Positions 13,165 to 28,008 of a stretch of DNA of 64,000 nucleotides are shown in pieces. The stretch is from positions 15,525,473-15,589,472 of the forward strand of contig CM119264.1 of NCBI GenBank assembly GCA_051294375.1, in the 5' to 3' direction. The notes beneath the pieces were generated by a model. The model was given only the letters and a program-made list of their open reading frames with translations. It did no database searches and was not told the DNA's origin. The DNA comes from Paraspadella gotoi. Taxonomy: Eukaryota; Animalia; Chaetognatha. Made by a program: the position numbers and the translations under genes. Numbering within the stretch: the first letter of the stretch is position 1; each line of letters opens with the position of its first letter.

Positions 13165-13320
13165 GTTAGGGGTAAGTTAGAGGGTTAGGGGTAAAGTTTA
13201 GGGTTAGGGAGTAAAGTTAGGGTTAGGGGGTAAGTTAGGGTTAGGGTAAGATATGAAGGGAAAAGGTACAGTTTAGGTTAGGGGTAAGTTATTGGATTAA
13301 CGGGTAAGTTAAGGGTAATT
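13165..13320 (+). repeat. Degenerate TTAGGG-like tract (others at ~17438-17525 and mirror ~29650-29740)
   Basis: GGTTAGGG / GGGGTAAGTTA variants, interstitial. Confidence 0.65.
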
Positions 13321-16300
13321 AAAAATTAAATTAAGTTTCAGTTTAAAAGTATAACATAATTTAATATTTCAAAAATATATTTAAATATTAATAAATTTAT
13401 AAAAATATAATAACATTTACAAAGATAACAGAGTTTTATTTTTTTAATGATTGACAATATCATTTAATAATTCGGAGAGAGTTGAGAGATATCAAGGGTA
13501 AAAGATTGCTCTCTCTCCTATCTCTCCAAGTTAATATCCAAATTATTTATAAAACTATTAAAACTGGTTTGATGAAGGGTCAAAAACAACCAAAAACATA
13601 TCCAATTATTAAAATGATGTGGTTATCACAAATAAAACTTATTATTATAAACATAAATCAAAACAATAAAAAATATTATATTATTTTTTAAACAATAAAA
13701 AAAATCTTAGGCTTGATGAAACTTAAAAACGTTTTTAATATCATTGTTGTTAACCGGTCTTAAATTTTCTTTTCTGTAAAAATCAAAGAAACTAACTATT
13801 TTTTCCTCTTCTTTCTCTTGTTTTCCCATAAAGCTCCAGAGGGTATTCAACTCCGGGATCGCCCAGTTAATTATCTGCGTAATTGTAGACGACGAACAAT
13901 TGAAATACGTTACAGAAATTTTAATATATATTTTTTTAATCGCGATCGACAAAAAACTGGTCGAAAGAATTTGTTATTTTCACCATAACCTCTGATTGCC
14001 GCTTGTTTGTTTAAAATGTACCCTTACATTTAATAATTGGCTTAAATGCAGTAAACAATTACAATATACATATTGAAGGTAACATTGAGCAGTTTCTAAC
14101 AAATTACAATGATAAATATTGTACATTAAATATATTTCAAAACGTAAATACTAAAACGTATCAAATTTCTATGAACGAAATCTTTGAGTTTGTGGCTTTT
14201 AAGGTCCGCGTGTTATGATTTTTGTCCGGCTCGGCAATGACTCTGAAAATGTGGACATATTTTTATCGTCTCACGAGCAGAAAAAAATTACTATTATTTT
14301 TTTTTAAACAAAAAAAAAACACGTGCGAGGCCGGGGCGAGGGTATCTGTATAGTATTGAGCTAATTTGCACCTGAGGACTACTACCTGTGTTGTTGAGTG
14401 GCAGCATGGGCCTGCTGCTGCTTACGCCCTGGAAGCAGCAGTAGCTGCATCGGATAGAAAAGTGATATTGAGACACATAAACACGAAAATTTGGTTTGAA
14501 CGAGGACCTGATCACGCATTAGATGATTAGGCGGTGTAAGAATTTTCGAGAGGGCGACTAGTAGCGATCGAACGAGCGACAAGTAGCAAAAAAGCAGGGA
14601 AAAAACAGCGTGAAGAAACAGCGAAACCAGCGTCCATTAAATAATAAATTTCGGATGAAACCATGAAAACTACGCCTTTGTTCCCCCAGATTTTGAAAAG
14701 TTCAGACACTGAACTATCCAAATATCAAATAATAATGGTAAGTTAACGTCGTCTTCAGGTGCAAATTAAAGCCTCTACTAAAAAAGTTGGTTTTAGGACT
14801 TTTTAATGAGAAAAATTTTAACAAGCGAATAGCTTAGCCGCAATTGCAAGAACACTAAACTAAATATATGTATTTGACGAGTTCTCTTTTTAGTATGAGC
14901 GCTAGACGAGGACAGTTAAACTTGACATAAAATCTTAAATGTAGTATTATGTTTTACTGGCTTTGTTTCATATCAAGACCTTTACCAATTTTCTTGTTCC
15001 CGCAAAGGAAGATACCAAGGACGTTAGAGGTTCAAATACTAATAACACTTTTTAATTTATTTGTTAGGATCAGGTGCAAATATTGTAAATATAGCAATGA
15101 ACGGACATTTTCGAGTAGAGGACCGGTTTTAAAATGCTCAATATTGTACCAGGACCATTATTTATAGCTTTTTTTGCATTAGAAATGAGTTCAACGATGT
15201 TTTAGAGTAGGAAACTTGTAATAAATTTAAAATTCCTTAGGATTTACAGTAAAGTACGAAAAAGAGACAAATCAAAGGAAAACCGCTCGCGGAGTAATCG
15301 TTTAAATGGCTTTAAATACTACTAAACTATTTCTGGTTTAGTGTTCCACCGACTTTAGATACTAAAAACCATGTACTATCAAAAACCATTCGTAGTTGGC
15401 AAGTATTTAAGCGCTACTGGTTGCAACTCGTCATGAACCAAAAAAAGCTGAAAAAAAATTTCGATCCGCTGAATTTTTTTTCTTGCGAAGCGACATATCC
15501 TATTTTTGTATAATTTCATCTTTCTTATCGAAAAATGACAATTTTAATGTATATAAAATGCTAATAAAATAGGGCAAACATTATAAGTTATGATAAATCA
15601 AAATTATTTTTTTTCTAAAATTATATATTATATAAGCTTTGAATATAAAAATAAAGACCTATAAAAAATATTTTTTGGTAAATTATTTTTCAATTTTATG
15701 TTTTATTAAAAGTTAGTTATATTTATTAATAATTATGAATAAAAATTAGGCTAAAGTTAAAAAATAATAATTTAAAAATTTTTATCCCGGATTCGCATTC
15801 CTTGCAAAAAGTTGATATAAGAAAATATAATTTTTATTAAAAATTATGTCATTAAGTTAGTCAAATTTTAAAAAAATTATAATTTTAAGCCAAAAAATTA
15901 TAAAATTAAACAAATATCATAGTTTTTAATATTTTTAACAACTTAATGAAAGAATTTGTTAAAATAGATTTTACTTTCTTATATCAACTTTTTGCAAGGA
16001 ATTCAAAAATCCGGTTTTAAAAATTTCAAAATATTTATTTTTTTACTTTAGCCTATTTTAACTACTAGTTATTAATAAATATAGCTAACAAACTGTTAAT
16101 AAATTTGTAAATAACTTACCAAAATATTGTTATGGGTCTTTATTTTCATATTATATAAGCTAGATATAACTTTTATAAAATTTTGATAATTTTAGTTTCT
16201 CATACTCTACAATGGTTGCGCCATTTTAATAGCACCTTATATGCTTCAAAAATAGCCACTGGCGACAAGGAAGATGAAACTATACTAAAAAATGGTTATC

Positions 16301-16986
16301 ATCATCGAATTCTTCAAACCTTATTCCATCAAAACAATAATGAATGAAATTAAATATTTTATATTTTGTTATCTTTGAACGCTCTACTGCAGAGCCAGCT
16401 GCAGACTCATTTTTTTCCCCTTTGTCTATGAATCAGTGACTAGGGAAAAGAGAGAGGGAGAAAGACATGTAATAAAAAGAGAAAGAGAAAGAGAGAAAGA
16501 AATATAAAAATAAGAGAAAATTTGTTTGTTTTGATAAAACGTAAACAAACATATTTAATAACTGTCCAGACTCAATTTTAAGCACATCGATGATGAGAAG
16601 CTGTATAAGCGATTGCGACGATAAAAACGTCAAGTTGTTCTCCAACTAATGATATACTTATGAATTATGTTTATTAAATATTTAAGTAAGTAAAGATTTT
16701 TTTGGTGTCACTCGCGAACGGACACGGGGTATATATAACGGTTAGGTTAAAATTATTTTTAACCGTTAATAACGGTTAACGGTATCGGAACCAGTACCTC
16801 GTGGTCATGAGCTGATGGCTTTACTCATGAGCCACCGGGTCGCAACTGAAAGTGTCATGCTTATAGGCGGGGTGAACTTAGGAAATGCCCGACAATAGAA
16901 TCACCTCCTTTTCCAACGTCGCAATACTAGATCGAATTTTTTGTGTTGTTTTAATGTGTACAATAATAAAAATTTTTAAACTCACC

Positions 16987-19346
16987 ACTTTCAGAGTATG
17001 CGGATGCCATTCAAAAGCTCGGATTTTCGTCTGGCTCCAATCTTCCCCGAAAGCCGAAAACTGAGTGATCACATTATCAAAGGGTGGTGAGCGATGGGGA
17101 TAAAGTTTAGAGAATATGGAGTAGACCACCGAAAGCTCGCTAACAATCAGAAATACCTACGAAAAACGCGAAAGTGACTAAAAAGTGAATTTAAATTTGA
17201 AAATAAAAATTATTAATTATTGTTTTGAAAATATTGTGGCTGCGAAAAACAGATTCTTGTCAAATGTGATAGCCTCTGAATAAAACTCCACAGAAAAGAT
17301 ATTTTTAGCATAATTTAGGGCGCGATCTAGCATAAACTAATTATGCTAAATATTATGCAAATTATCTATTAGCTAATTTAATGCAAAATTGTTATAAATA
17401 GTAAAGATAAATAATTATAGAAGCTTATAAAAAATCAGGGTTAAGGAGGGGTTAGGGTTAAGAGTGGTTTAGGGGTCGTTTAGGGCAAGGGGTGGTTACT
17501 GGTTAGGGTTAAAAGGTTAGGGTAATTAGTAATATTTTTTTAATTTTTTAAATAAGTATTTTTTAGTTAGTTTTTCAAAAGACGTCAAAACCGCGATCGG
17601 CGAAAGTAAATTTAGCCAAAAATCATTTAGACAGACCTAGGACAAGATTCAAAATATGACCCATTATATGATTCATGAAAAGTATAAAGTAAAACAAAAA
17701 TATATTGGCGTAGCAGTAATTTTCAAACAAAAAAGCAGACCAACAAACCCCCTATACTGAGAAGGCTTCATATTATAAAATTAGGTACATGTTTTTTGTT
17801 ACCAAAAAATTTGAAATTTGCATTAATGATCTTTATGTGAATACAAATAGAACTATCGAGGCGAATTTCAATATTTGACCCTTAAGAAAAAGGGTCATTC
17901 AAATCAACTTCAAACTAGGCCAAAATGGAGTATAGATTCAGAAAGCTGAGCTCATTTGATGCATTCTACACCCTTTTATATCGGTTTTAATTATAATATA
18001 GTCTAGTCTTGAAAGTTTGCATTATCTTGTAAGAGTGATGAGGCCTTAAACCACCAAAGCTGTCCAAAATCAGGGGCAAGATAACTGTTTATTAAAATTT
18101 AAATGAATGGATATTGGATAATTTTAATAATGGTTGTACCAATTTCATAAAAAAAATCTTAAAAGCATAAGGATCGTCGCAATTGCATAAGAAAAATCTG
18201 GATTGATGACAAATTTCGATACTAAAAAAATCAAATTTGAAAAAAATAAAGAAAATCAAATTTGAAAAAATAAAGAAAATAAAAAAAAATAATAATCCAC
18301 GAAAAAAATCCATGAAAATCTCGGATGTAAATTTGGGAAAAAATGGGATAATAAAAAGTTTTTAGAGGGAAAAAATAATCAGAGAAAGAAAGAAGCCAAA
18401 TCATTTTCAGCAGCAGAGACACCAGAAAAAAAGAAAGAAATCAAAAGGCGCAGCAGAAGCAGCAGGAGAAAAGAGAGAAAAAGAAGAGCCCTGCAGAGCA
18501 GCTGCAGACTCAAAAGGCAGCAGCAGAAGCAGCAAGAGAAAAGAGAGAAAAGAATAAGCCCTGCAGAGCCAGCTGCAGACTCGTTTTTTTCCCCTATGAT
18601 TATGAATCAGTGACTAGGGAAAAGAGAGAGGGAGAGAGACATGTAATTAAAAGAGAAGAGAGAGAGAGAAAAAAATATGAAAAAAAAGAGAGAAATTTGT
18701 TTGTTTGATAAAACAAACAAAACATATTTAATAACTGTCCAGACTCAATTTAAAGCACATCGATGATGAGAAGCTGTATATAATTTTCAGCTTCATATAC
18801 CTAAATTTAATCATAAAAAAGGCGATCTATAATTTGGAACGCCAACGACGACGACGCCACTTATGGCAAAAGCGTTACAATATCGTCGCAAACGCAAAGC
18901 GATTGCGACGATAAAAAGAAACCCATCTGAAGAGTTGCAGGTCAAACGAAAAAGCCAATCCATCTGATATTTTTAATAAATTTTTTATTACTGAATTAGA
19001 AAAATGTAATAGAGGGATATTTTTAAATTTCAACTTGGTATCATTGAAAATGAAACGTTTTTAAACTAACCCTGAATTCTTCCTAACTGGAACACGTTTA
19101 TCAAAATGTCTCTCTTTTCCATTTTTACTTCCTGAAAAATTACCCCAGTTTTGAACGATGACCTCTAATATTTTTCGCAGAGCAGCTACGACACTCTCTT
19201 CACGTAAAGTGTTCAGGAAGACAGCGGTTGACGGTGCCGAAATGTCTTCAGACGATTGTTGTGCATCCAAAAAGGCCGAACGGGCATCCCATTCTTTCAG
19301 CGACCAAGGCTTGAGCGAGATTCCGATTCACAGGCTGAAAGAGGGA
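16987..19346 (-). other. Inverted duplicate of two AAAS exons (mirror of 27817-30193), lower base quality
   Basis: ORFs 16878..17129 and 19061..19270 are near-identical to the + strand exons but carry single-base deletions; part of the large palindrome arm. Confidence 0.85.
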
Positions 19347-21489
19347 AAAAAATAAGTTTCATTTCAAATACATATATATATACATATATATTACGGCCAA
19401 CATTTTTGTTCTCTCTTATTACTCAAACATTTCTTATGTCCAATGGATCATAGGCTATCTTTATACATAACTGTTGATAATCATTAAGATCGCAAACCAA
19501 TCAAAATATGTACAGAAGGCTTCATATAAAACTACTTGACCAACTTCGGTAACGTTGCATGAATTAATTTTAGGGCAATAGAAATGGGATTATCGAGGGG
19601 ATTTTAAAAATTTTAAATTTAATTAATTAATAAAAACATTTATGAGTAAGCATAAATAATAAAATTTCAAGTCAACTTGACTTTGGTTTTTTGATGCAAA
19701 CTCATTTCCATTCCTCGATTCCATTGACACTTTATATCCTGCTCAATAACACACTTTCCTACCAACACAAAATTTTATCTCATTCTATCCATCCAATTAT
19801 GCATAATTAGAGTAATTACGGGTTAAAATTAGTAAAAAAATTCAAGTAAATGTGACTTATATTTTCTCTATTTAAACTAATTTCCACTCGCACGATTTCA
19901 TCGTAACATAACAAATCATAACATTAACAGACTTCTTAATAATCTATAAAAAAATCTATAAATAAATTGATCTATCAATCATTACCAAACCAACTTGCCT
20001 AATTTCGTCACTTGCATAATTTGGTCAACTGGCATAATTTTATCAACTGGCATAATTTAATCACTTGCAGAAATTGGTCACTTACAGAATTTGGTCAACT
20101 GGCATAATTTGGTCAATTAATCAATCAATCAATAGAAAGAGAGAAACTTTTAAAAATTTAAATAAAGGGGTCTTTTGTTTTTGTAATTTAAACTCTTTTC
20201 CATCAAAAATTTATATCCCGCTTAATCACATACTTTCCTTTACTTTTCAATTCATCTATCAAATTTTAAATAGATATAATAATTATGAATAAATATAAGT
20301 AAAAATAAGTAAATGTGACTTTTGTTTTTCCATTTTAACTCATTTCCACACGCACGAATCCATCGAAACTATGTCAAGCTCAATCATACACTTTCCTACC
20401 CACTAAGGCGTAGTAAAATTTCTAAGTTTAACTTTAATTAAAATTTTAAAAGTGAGGAACATTTATGTATAAAAAAATTTATAATAAATTTTACAATTTA
20501 CGCAGTAGGCCATATTTATACTAGTACTAAACCAATAAATGTTAAAATTTCAAAACAGTAAGATTTTTTTGCAGATTTGGATTTGTCATAAAAAGTTGAT
20601 AAAAAGAAATATAACTCTTTTTGAAAAATTCCTTCATTAAGTGGGTCAAAAATGAGAAAAAGCTGTATTTTAAGCTGAAAATTAACTTTTTATATATTAA
20701 ATATAGTTTTTTAAATTTTTAACCCACTTAATGAAAGAATTTTTAAAAAAGAATTATTTTCTTTTATCAACTTTTGACGAGAATTCAAATCTGCAAATCT
20801 TAAGAAAAGCCTATTTTGAAATTTTCGATTTTATAAGGATAGTACTATAATATAAATATAGCCTACTGCCAAAAATTAAAAAACATAAAATTAATTTTTT
20901 TTTACAAATTAATGTTCACTGAAGGTATGTTGTTCATAATTGACTTCTTTCGGAATAATTTTCTTCTACATTAGGTAACAAGTCAGGGTGTCATTCTGTG
21001 CGTTTTTTAATGTTGTTTAATTTTTAAAAAATAAGATTTTCTCCCGAGCCAGTGGTCTTAAATTCCCTAATAAAAAATAATTTAATTATTTAATGCTTTT
21101 TGTAATTTAATTGATAAATAAAATGAGAATTATAATAATTATAATTTATAATAAGTTTAAATTATTGTTTTCAACAATTTTTAAATTTTATTTATTAAAA
21201 ATTATTATTTGACCTGAGTCAAAATGCTAAAATTATTGATGCAAAAACAAATTATTGATATAATAATAATTGATTATTGATGTAATAGTAATTGATTATC
21301 GATATGATGATAACAATTATTGATGGGATGATAACCAATTATTGATGGGATGATAACCAATTATTGATGTGATATAAAGTCATTCACTGATGTAATTATA
21401 ACATTTACTGTTGTATAATAGTTATACAATAATATGATGATAGTCATTCACTGCATATGATGATAGCATCATTATCGATCGATAGTCTA

Positions 21490-22210
21490 TCATTGATGCG
21501 ATGATAGTCATTCATTGATGCGATGATAGTCATTCATTGATGCGATGATAGTCATTCATTGATGCGATGATAGTCATTCATTGATGCGATGATAGTCATT
21601 CATTGATGCGATGATAGTCATTCATTGATGCGATGATAGTCTTCATGATGCGTGATAGTCATTCATTGATGCGATGATAGTCATTCATTGATGCGATGAT
21701 ATGTCATTCATTGATGCGGATAGTATCATGTCATATGTCATTGATGCGATGATAGTCATTCATTGATGCGATGATAGTCATTCATTGATGCGATGATAGT
21801 CATTCATTGATGCGATGATAGTCATTCATTGATGCGATGATAGTCATTCATTGATGCGATGATAGTCATTCATTGATGCGATGATAGTCATTCATTGATG
21901 CGATGATAGTCATTCATTGATGCGATGATAGTCATTCATTGATGCGATGATAGTCATTCATTGATGCGATGATAGTCATTCATTGATGCGATGATAGTCA
22001 TTCATTGATGCGATGATAGTCATTCTATGATGGATGTAGCATTCATTGATGCGATGATAGTCATTCATTGATGCGATGATAGTCATTCATTGATGCGATG
22101 ATAGTCATTCATTGACGATGATAGCATTCATTGACGCGATGATAGTCATTCATTGACGCGATGATAGGGCATTCATTGACGCAATGATAGGCATTCATTG
22201 ACGCAATGAG
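21490..22210. repeat. 22-bp minisatellite (TTGATGCGATGATAGTCATTCA)n; mirror at ~25040-25710
   Basis: About 30 tandem units with no unique spacers. Confidence 0.92.
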
Positions 22211-23241
22211 TCATTAAAACGAACAAATGCGTGTATGAAATAAGAGAAAGAAAGAAAGAGAACAAGAGAGAGAAGCTGGACAACCGCTGGACAGCCGCTG
22301 CAGAGCTGAACTCGTTTTTAGACGAAACAGAAGAAGAAGAAATGAAAAAAAAATAATAAAAAGAGCGACATATAATTAAAATAAAGAGCGATATATAATT
22401 AAAACAATTATAATTCGTAGTAATTTTCAATAAAATTGTTTTGTAAATAAAACAAACAAATTCGAATATTTGATATGAAACATTACAATTTCAAAGATCT
22501 TGATGATGTCATATCTACAGAGTAGTGAATCAAATTTAGAATAGTATTTACCACCAGATTTTATAGGCAAAAAGTTATTGTCTTTTTATAATATACTAAA
22601 ATAATCATGACGTTTTCTCTTTCTAATATAGGTTTTATTTTTTTCATTTTTTACAATACGCTGCGCTACTAAAAAGAATGCAATATTGGTCGAATTTGCT
22701 CTGCGCCGGTTTCGAGCTTAAAACCATTACTAAATATGTTTAAGTTTATGTTTCCCTAGCACTATGTTATATTATTAAAAAGGCTATTAAGAATAGGTAT
22801 AACTACTATTTTAAGCCCTGCGCTCAAGCGCAAGTCGATTAGGGCCATTTATAAGGATGCTGCAGGTAACAATTGTAAAAGAAAAATTCTAAAGAAAGAA
22901 ATGAAAAACTCTATTTAGAAATATTTACGAGGACATCTTATCTTTACTATCCTATAGCCATTAAACTGCCGCAGTTTAACAAGACCTATTTTAACCTTAA
23001 TTAATAAAGCAATTTTAAGATGCTGTAAAAATTTCTTTTTTTTCTCAAGTACACACTGTATCAGCCACTCTGGTTAAGTACCATCTCTGTGAACTTATGA
23101 AATCAATAACTGATGTAGTTGGGACTCTCTGTGTAAAATATAATATTTTTATTATTTTTATATTATTATATTATTATAAAATATAAAATTGCTTAATGTA
23201 ATCTACTGCAGCATCAGATGAAGAAAAATACTTTTTATTAC

Positions 23242-23866
23242 TGTGGATAAGGCGCTACGTGGGCTGAAGATGACTGTCCGTAACTTCTATAACCCCCTCT
23301 AGCAGCCATGGAACAGGCCCTGGGCTTGGAACCAGACGAGGGTTTGCCATGCCCCCAAGGCGGCTTACGGCCGTCCTCACGCTTCCCGCAGGGTAGGTAC
23401 CGGGTTGGGATTGAACACGGTACCTAGTGGTCATGAGCTGATGGCTTTACTCAATGAGCCACCGGGTCACAACTGAAGTGTCATGATTCTAGGCGGGTGA
23501 ACCTAGGCAATGCCCGATTACATGCCCCCAGATTGTAACCCACCCTGCACTGCTTCCAGTGGAGGGAGGGAGCAATCTTCAGCGCAGACCAAGGGCCTGG
23601 AATCAGAAGGTTGGAATACGCTCGACAGGATGGGCTCACCAGTGTGGATAAGGCGCTACGTGGGCTGAAGATGACTGTCCGTAACTTCTATAACCCCTCT
23701 AGGCAGCCATGGAACGGGTCCCTGGGCTTGGAACCAGGCTTGAGGGTTTGCCATGCCCCAAGGCGGCTTACGGCCGTCCTCACGCTTCCCGCAGGGTAGG
23801 TACCGGGTTGGATTGAACCCGGTACCTAGTGGTCATGAGCTGATGGCTTTACTCAATGAGCCACCG
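23242..23866 (-). mobile_element. TRIM family A: complete 3' LTR (23242-23522), internal domain (23523-23642), 5' LTR truncated by the fold-back
   Basis: Two direct LTRs; PBS complement at 23632-23641; flank TTAC (= GTAA); same LTR-specific variants as the 4101-4647 copy; twister motif at 23714-23792. Confidence 0.88.
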
Positions 23867-26800
23867 GAGGACGGCCGTAAGCCGCCTTGGGGGCATGGCA
23901 AACCCTCGTCTGGTTCCAAGCCCAGGGACCTGTTCCATGGCTGCTAGAGGGGGTTATAGAAGTTACGGACAGTCATCTTCAGCCCACGTAGCGCCTTATC
24001 CACAGTAATAAAAAGTATTTTTCTTTCATCTGATGCTGCAGTAGATTACATTAAGCAATTTTATATTTTATAATAATATAATAATATAAAAATATAAAAA
24101 TATTATATTTTACACAGAGAGTCCCAACTACATCAGTTATTGATTTCATAAGTTCACAGAGATGGTACTTAACCAGAGTGGCTGATACAGTGTGTACTTG
24201 AGAAAAAAAAAGAAATTTTTACAGCATCTTAAAATTGCTTTTATTAATTAAGGTTAAAATAGGTCTTGTTAAACTGCGGCAGTTTAATGGCTATAGGATA
24301 GTAAAGATAAGATGTCCTCGTAAATATTTCTAAATAGAGTTTTTCATTTTCTTTCTTTAGAATTTTTCTTTTACAATTGTTACCTGCAGCATCCTTATAA
24401 ATGGCCCTAATCGACTTGCGCTTGAGCGCAGGGCTTAAAATAGTAGTTATACCTATTCTTAATAGCCTTTTTAATAATATAACATAGTGCTAGGGAACAT
24501 AAACTTAAACATATTTAGTAATGGTTTTAAGCTCGAAACCGGCGCAGAGCAAATTCGACCAATATTGCATTCTTTTTAGTAGCGCAGCGTATTGTAAAAA
24601 ATGAAAAAAATAAAACCTATATTAGAAAGAGAAAACGTCAGTGATTATTTTAGTATATTATAAAAAGACAATAACTTTTTGCCTATAAAATCTGGTGGTA
24701 AATACTATTCTAAATTTTGATTCACTACTCTGTAGATATGACATCATCAAGATCTTTGAAATTGTAATGTTTCATATCAATATTCGAATTTGTTTGTTTT
24801 ATTTACAAAACAATTTTTATTGAAAAATTACTACGAATTATAATTGTTTTAATTATATATCGCTCTTTATTTTAATTATATGTCGCTCTTTTTATTTATT
24901 TTTTTTTCATTTCTTCTTCTTCTGTTTCGTCTAAAAACGAGTTCAGCTCTGCAGCGGCTGTCCAGCGGTTGTCCAGCTTCTCTCTCTTGTTCTCTTTCTT
25001 TCTTTCTCTTATTCATACACGCATTTGTTCGTTTTAATGACTCATTGCGTCAATGAATGCCTATCATTGCGTCAATGAAATGGCCTATCATCGCGTCAAT
25101 GAATGACTATCATCGCGTCAATGAATGACTATCATCGCATCAATGAAATGACTATCATCCGCATCAATGAATGACTATCATCGCATCAATGAATGACTAT
25201 CATCGCATCAATGAATGACTATCATCGCATCAATGAATGACTATCATCGCATCAATGAATGACTATCATCGCATCAATGCAATGAATGATGCTATCATCG
25301 CATCAATGAATGACTATCATCGCATCAATGAATGACTATCATCGCATCAATGAATGACTATCATCGCATCAATGAATGACTATCATCGCATCAATGAATG
25401 ACTATCATCGCATCAATGAATGACTATCATCGCGCATCAATGAATGGACTATCATGCGCATCAATGAATGACTATCATCGCATCAATGAATGACTAATCA
25501 ATCGCATCAATGAATGACTATCATCGCATCAATGAATGACTATCATCGCATCAATGAATGACTATCATCGCATCAATGAATGACTATCATCGCATCAATG
25601 AAAATGAACTATCATCGCATCAATGAATGACTATCATCGCATCCAGATGAATTGACTATCATCGCATCAATGAATGACTATCATCATATCAGTGAATGAC
25701 TATCATCATATTATTGTATAACTATTATCACAACAGTAAATGTTTATAATTACATCAGTGAATGACTTTTATCACATCAATAATTGGTTATCATCCCATC
25801 AATAATTGGTTATCATCCCATCAATAATTGGTTATCATCATATCGATAATCAATTACTATTACATCAATAATCAATTATTATTATATCAATAATTTGTTT
25901 TTGCATCAATAATTTTAGCATTTTGACTCAGGTCAAATAATAATTTTTAATAAATAAAATTTTAAAAATTGTTGAAAACAATAATTTAAACTTATTATAA
26001 ATTATAATTATTATAATTCTCATTTTATTTATCAATTAAATTACAAAAAGCATTAAATAATTAAATTATTTTTTATTAGGGAATTTAAGACCACTGGCTC
26101 GGGAGAAAATCTTATTTTTTAAAAATTAAACAACATTAAAAAACGCACAGAATGACACCCTGACTTGTTACCTAATGTAGAAGAAAATTATTCCGAAAGA
26201 AGTCAATTATGAACAACATACCTTCAGTGAACATTAATTTGTAAAAAAAAATTAATTTTATGTTTTTTAATTTTTGCAGTAGGCTATATTTATATATAGT
26301 ACTATCCTTATAAAATCGAAAAATTTCAAAATAGGCTTTTCTTAAGATTTGCAGATTTGAATTCCTCGTCAAAAGTTGATAAAAGAAAATAATTCTTTTT
26401 TAAAAATTCTTTCATTAAGTGGGTTAAAAATTTAAAAAACTATATTTAATATATAAAAAGTTAATTTTCAGCTTAAAATACAGCTTTTTCTCATTTTTGA
26501 CCCACTTAATGAAGGAATTTTTCAAAAAGAGTTATATTTCTTTTTATCAACTTTTTATGACAAATCCAAATCTGCAAAAAAATCTTACTGTTTTGAAATT
26601 TTAACATTTATTGGTTTAGTACTAGTATAAATATGGCCTACTGCGTAAATTGTAAAATTTATTATAAATTTTTTTATACATAAATGTTCCTCACTTTTAA
26701 AATTTTAATTAAAGTTAAACTTAGAAATTTTACTACGCCTTAGTGGGTAGGAAAGTGTATGATTGAGCTTGACATAGTTTCGATGGATTCGTGCGTGTGG

Positions 26801-27816
26801 AAATGAGTTAAAATGGAAAAAACAAAAGTCACATTTACTTATTTTTACTTATATTTATTCATAATTATTATATCTATTTAAAATTTGATAGATGAATTGA
26901 AAAGTAAAGGAAAGTATGTGATTAAGCGGGATATAAATTTTTGATGGAAAAGAGTTTAAATTACAAAAACAAAAGACCCCTTTATTTAAATTTTTAAAAG
27001 TTTCTCTCTTTCTATTGATTGATTGATTAATTGACCAAATTATGCCAGTTGACCAAATTCTGTAAGTGACCAATTTCTGCAAGTGATTAAATTATGCCAG
27101 TTGATAAAATTATGCCAGTTGACCAAATTATGCAAGTTGACGAAATTAGGCAAGTTGGTATTGGTAATGATTGATAGATCAATTTATTTATAGATTTTTT
27201 TATAGATTTATTAAGAAGTCTGTTAATGTTATGATTTGTTATGTTACGATGAAATCGTGCGAGTGGAAATTAGTTTAAATAGAGAAAATATAAGTCACAT
27301 TTACTTGAATTTTTTTACTAATTTTAACCCGTAATTACTCTAATTATGCATAATTGGATGGATAGAATGAGATAAAATTTTGTGTTGGTAGGAAAGTGTG
27401 TTATTGAGCAGGATATAAAGTGTCAATGGAATCGAGGAATGGAAATGAGTTTGCATCAAAAAACCAAAGTCAAGTTGACTTGAAATTTTATTATTTATGC
27501 TTACTCATAAATGTTTTTATTAATTAATTAAATTTTAAAATTTTTAAAATCCCCTCGATAATCCCATTTCTATTGCCCTAAAATTAATTCATGCAACGTT
27601 TTACCGAAGTTGGTCAAGTAGTTTTATATGAAGCCTTCTGTACATATTTTGATTGGTTTGCGATCTTAATGATTATCAACAGTTATGGTAAAGATAGCCT
27701 ATGATCCATTGGACATAAGAAATGTTTGAGTAATAAGAGAGAACAAAAATGTTGGCCGTAATATATATGTATATATATATGTATTTGAATGAAACTTATT
27801 TTTTTCCCTCTTTCAG

Positions 27817-28008
27817 CCTGTGAATCGGAATCTCGCTCAAAGCCTTGGTCGCTGAAAGAATGGGATGCCCGTTCGGCCTTTTTGGATGCACAACAATCGT
27901 CTGAAGACATTTCGGCACCGTCAACCGCTGTCTTCCTGAACACTTTACGTGAAGAGAGTGTCGTAGCTGCTCTGCGAAAAATATTAGAGGTCATCGTTCA
28001 AAACTGGG
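27817..28008 (+). CDS. AAAS: AAAS/Aladin exon
   Basis: tttcag acceptor and G|GTAAT donor; ...WDARSAFLDAQQ...VIVQNW; phase-compatible with the next exon. Confidence 0.7.

Larger units (their letters stand above)
5925..15502 (+). mobile_element. ~9.6-kb hAT-like DNA transposon with nested insertions
   Basis: Imperfect TIRs TAGATATG..GCTTCGC / GCGAAGC..CATATCCTA; TSD TTTTT(T)GT on both sides; empty allele at 31679-31687; SNERTFSSRG (15093-15122) resembles the hAT C-terminal S-x-ER-x-FS motif. Confidence 0.65.

Noticed and set aside
13165-13320. Telomere or telomere-addition site
   Set aside because: Degenerate, short, interstitial and embedded in repeats.
14663-14737. MKTTPLFP... as AAAS exon 1
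   Set aside because: Lies inside the 9.6-kb insertion, whose orientation is reversed relative to AAAS in the mirrored allele; phase 0 does not fit the 27817 acceptor.
21490-22210. 22-bp repeat array as CRISPR
   Set aside because: Head-to-tail units without unique spacers, eukaryotic context, no cas genes.
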